64,000 bases of DNA from an uncultured Desulfurococcaceae archaeon (lineage in GTDB: Archaea; Thermoproteota; Thermoprotei_A; Sulfolobales; NBVN01), in NCBI GenBank assembly GCA_964399035.1, contig CAYNPH010000097.1, forward strand, positions 1,211 through 65,210. The letters run 5' to 3'. The position numbers were made by a program, and so were the translations under genes. Below are positions 62,283-64,000 of the stretch, piece by piece. The first letter of the stretch is position 1, and every line of letters begins with the position of its first letter. The notes below the pieces were generated by a model. It saw only the letters and a program-made list of their open reading frames with translations, was not told where the DNA came from and did no database searches.

Positions 62283-63560
62283 ATGGGTGACGTGGTGAAG
62301 TACATCTACGATGAGGTTCACGGCTACATACCGTTGACCGACCTAGAGCTCCGCATAATTGACACGCCTACTTTCCAGAGGTTAAGGAGGGTTAAGCAGC
62401 TTGCGCAAGCCTGGTTTGTCTACCCTGGTGCCGTCCACACGAGGTTCTCCCACTGCCTAGGAGCCATGTACCTAATGGGACGCATTGCCGGTAAGTTCTC
62501 AAGGGAGGGTCTCATCCCGAAGGATGACCTTCAACTACTGAAGGTTGCCGCGCTACTCCACGATGTCGGTCACACACCGTACTCGCACGCGATTGAAACT
62601 TACTTCAAAGAGAGGTTTCAAGTGACCCACGAGGACATAAGCGCGTGGATAATAATGGAAGATCCACACATTAAGGACGCGTTGAACGAGTACGGCATCG
62701 AGCCTAGGGAGGTCGCCGCCATAGTGTCAGGAAGGCATAAGGACCCGACATACAACATGCTATTAAGCAGCGACTTAGACGTTGACCGTCTGGACTACCT
62801 GCTACGTGACGCTCTTCACACAGGGGTTAAGTACGGGTTAATAGACATCCACAGGATAACGACCACGTTAACGGTGGATGAGAAGGGATACGTAGCGGTG
62901 CCCGAGAAGGCGGTTCAAGCTGCTGAGTCCTTCTACATAGCTAGGCTCCACATGTATAGGTCAGTATACTACCACAAGACAATAACCGCCTACCAGCTCC
63001 TCATAAACGCCATATACGAGGAAATGATTGAAGAGCCTAAGGTGAGGGAGATCCTAGGTCCCTTCACCACTGGCGACGGCGTTCGGAGGGCTGTTAGGGC
63101 GGGTAAGATCTACCTGTGGGACGACTTCTTCATAGGTGGGTTAATGAATTACGTGATGATGAAGGGTCTGGGCGATAATGTCTTGAGGAACTTAATACGT
63201 CTTTACCTGGGGAGGGAAGGGTACCACACAGTCTTAGACAGGATAACGTATAATCCTCGTGAATTAAGTGAGAAGCTAAGTAACGCACTCACAGAATTCA
63301 GGGGAAGGTTAAGGAGCGCTGGTGTAGGAAGGCATAATGTTAAGCCCTACTTCGATACCGTGACGATAGTATCCGAGGAGAACTGCGTTAGGGTGGTTGC
63401 GGGCACCGGTACTTCTATCCCCATAACTAGGTTCCAAGCCTCAATAATAAGCAGTATTCCGAAGTCCATGGGGATACTGAGGATCTACGCCTTACCTGAT
63501 TGTGCGGAATACGTGCGTAAGTTAAGTGTGGACCTCCTTAACCATTACGTAAGCGTCTGA
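62283..63560 (+). CDS. HD domain phosphohydrolase (COG1078, SAMHD1/dNTPase-like)
   Basis: RFSHCLGAMYL, LLHDVGHTPYSH and DLDVDRLDYLLRD are the HD superfamily metal-binding motifs in the SAMHD1-like arrangement. Confidence 0.8.
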   Translation: MGDVVKYIYDEVHGYIPLTDLELRIIDTPTFQRLRRVKQLAQAWFVYPGAVHTRFSHCLGAMYLMGRIAGKFSREGLIPKDDLQLLKVAALLHDVGHTPYSHAIETYFKERFQVTHEDISAWIIMEDPHIKDALNEYGIEPREVAAIVSGRHKDPTYNMLLSSDLDVDRLDYLLRDALHTGVKYGLIDIHRITTTLTVDEKGYVAVPEKAVQAAESFYIARLHMYRSVYYHKTITAYQLLINAIYEEMIEEPKVREILGPFTTGDGVRRAVRAGKIYLWDDFFIGGLMNYVMMKGLGDNVLRNLIRLYLGREGYHTVLDRITYNPRELSEKLSNALTEFRGRLRSAGVGRHNVKPYFDTVTIVSEENCVRVVAGTGTSIPITRFQASIISSIPKSMGILRIYALPDCAEYVRKLSVDLLNHYVSV

Positions 63561-63998
63561 ACCGTCGGGATAGTACTTCTGCTTAACGCCAACCATCTTG
63601 TAGCCGAATTTCTTGTAGAGCCTTATGCCCTCCTTATTGCTCTGCGATACCTCCAGGTATATTCTCTTGACACCGTCCCTGAGGAAGGCCTCCTCAAGCA
63701 CCTTAAGTAGCGCTGACCCTAGACCACGCCTCCTATGCGAAGGCAACACCGCTAACGACATGACGTGGCCGGACCCATCCTCCTCCCTAACCCCAGTTAC
63801 GTACCCGACGACGCGGTTACCGCACTCAGCTACGAAGAAGTACTTCGGGTAGAGCACCAAGAATGTTATGAAGGCTTCCATAGGGTACGGGTAGGGAAAA
63901 GACTTAACCTCAACCAAGTATATGTCCCTCAAATCACTTTTCCTAGCCCTCCTGACAACACATTCTTGGGATACCCACACCACATCCTCGCTCAACAT
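63522..63998 (-). CDS. rimI: GNAT family N-acetyltransferase (RimI / archaeal Nat-like)
   Basis: VLPSHRRRGLGSALL (acetyl-CoA motif A), IYLEVSQSNKEGIRLYKKFGY. Convergent with the HD gene and overlaps it by 39 nt. Confidence 0.75.
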   Translation of the reverse strand: MLSEDVVWVSQECVVRRARKSDLRDIYLVEVKSFPYPYPMEAFITFLVLYPKYFFVAECGNRVVGYVTGVREEDGSGHVMSLAVLPSHRRRGLGSALLKVLEEAFLRDGVKRIYLEVSQSNKEGIRLYKKFGYKMVGVKQKYYPDGSDAYVMVKEVHT

Positions 63999-64000
63999 CC

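Noticed and set aside
1-64000. Search for CRISPR arrays, IS elements or transposases, integrases and prophage boundaries.
   Set aside because: No regularly spaced direct repeats are present, and all intergenic gaps are under 300 bp. No transposase- or integrase-like ORF and no long terminal inverted repeats were seen. The only repeat-like elements are the coding Thr/Ser tracts and the 12-bp inverted repeat at 57386-57472.

Overview
This 64-kb window is a densely packed chromosomal segment with about 70 CDS. It looks like it comes from a hyperthermophilic crenarchaeon of the Thermoproteales type. That assignment is inferred from gene content only: a ThiD-ThiN fusion, a bifunctional PGI/PMI, a type II archaeal GAPDH in an overlapping pgk-gap pair, Tfx, GTP cyclohydrolase III beside ribH, a class III signal-peptide pilin, and Thr/Ser-rich stalks in solute-binding proteins. 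I can support no rRNA, tRNA, CRISPR array, IS element or integrase. Most genes are housekeeping or transport: ABC-2 exporter genes, a Liv-type amino acid ABC operon, a BMP-type ABC operon, a CDF transporter, MscS, thiamine, riboflavin and pterin genes, HMG-CoA reductase and glycolysis genes. Five regions look accessory. (1) At 32.6-39.8 kb there is a non-canonical type IV filament cluster. It holds a pilin, a FlaI/PilB-like ATPase, a platform protein split into two genes, a double-length KaiC/FlaH-like protein with a degenerate second domain, and two orphan proteins. It is divergently paired with an ESCRT-III/Snf7-like coiled-coil gene. (2) At 43.2-46.3 kb a membrane-anchored wHTH protein with an extracellular domain precedes a Met-rich secreted coiled-coil protein dense in N-glycosylation sequons. 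A GGAACGTTCC palindrome and a TATA-like element lie between the two genes. (3) At 7.4-9.8 kb there is a wHTH / 140-aa orphan / B12-domain-like radical SAM operon. (4) At 2.8-5.9 kb two divergent operons mirror each other and each ends in an Mth938-domain paralog. (5) At 61.7-63.6 kb a possible SocA/Panacea-like protein sits upstream of an HD phosphohydrolase. All functional calls rest on motif recognition by eye. No database search was run.
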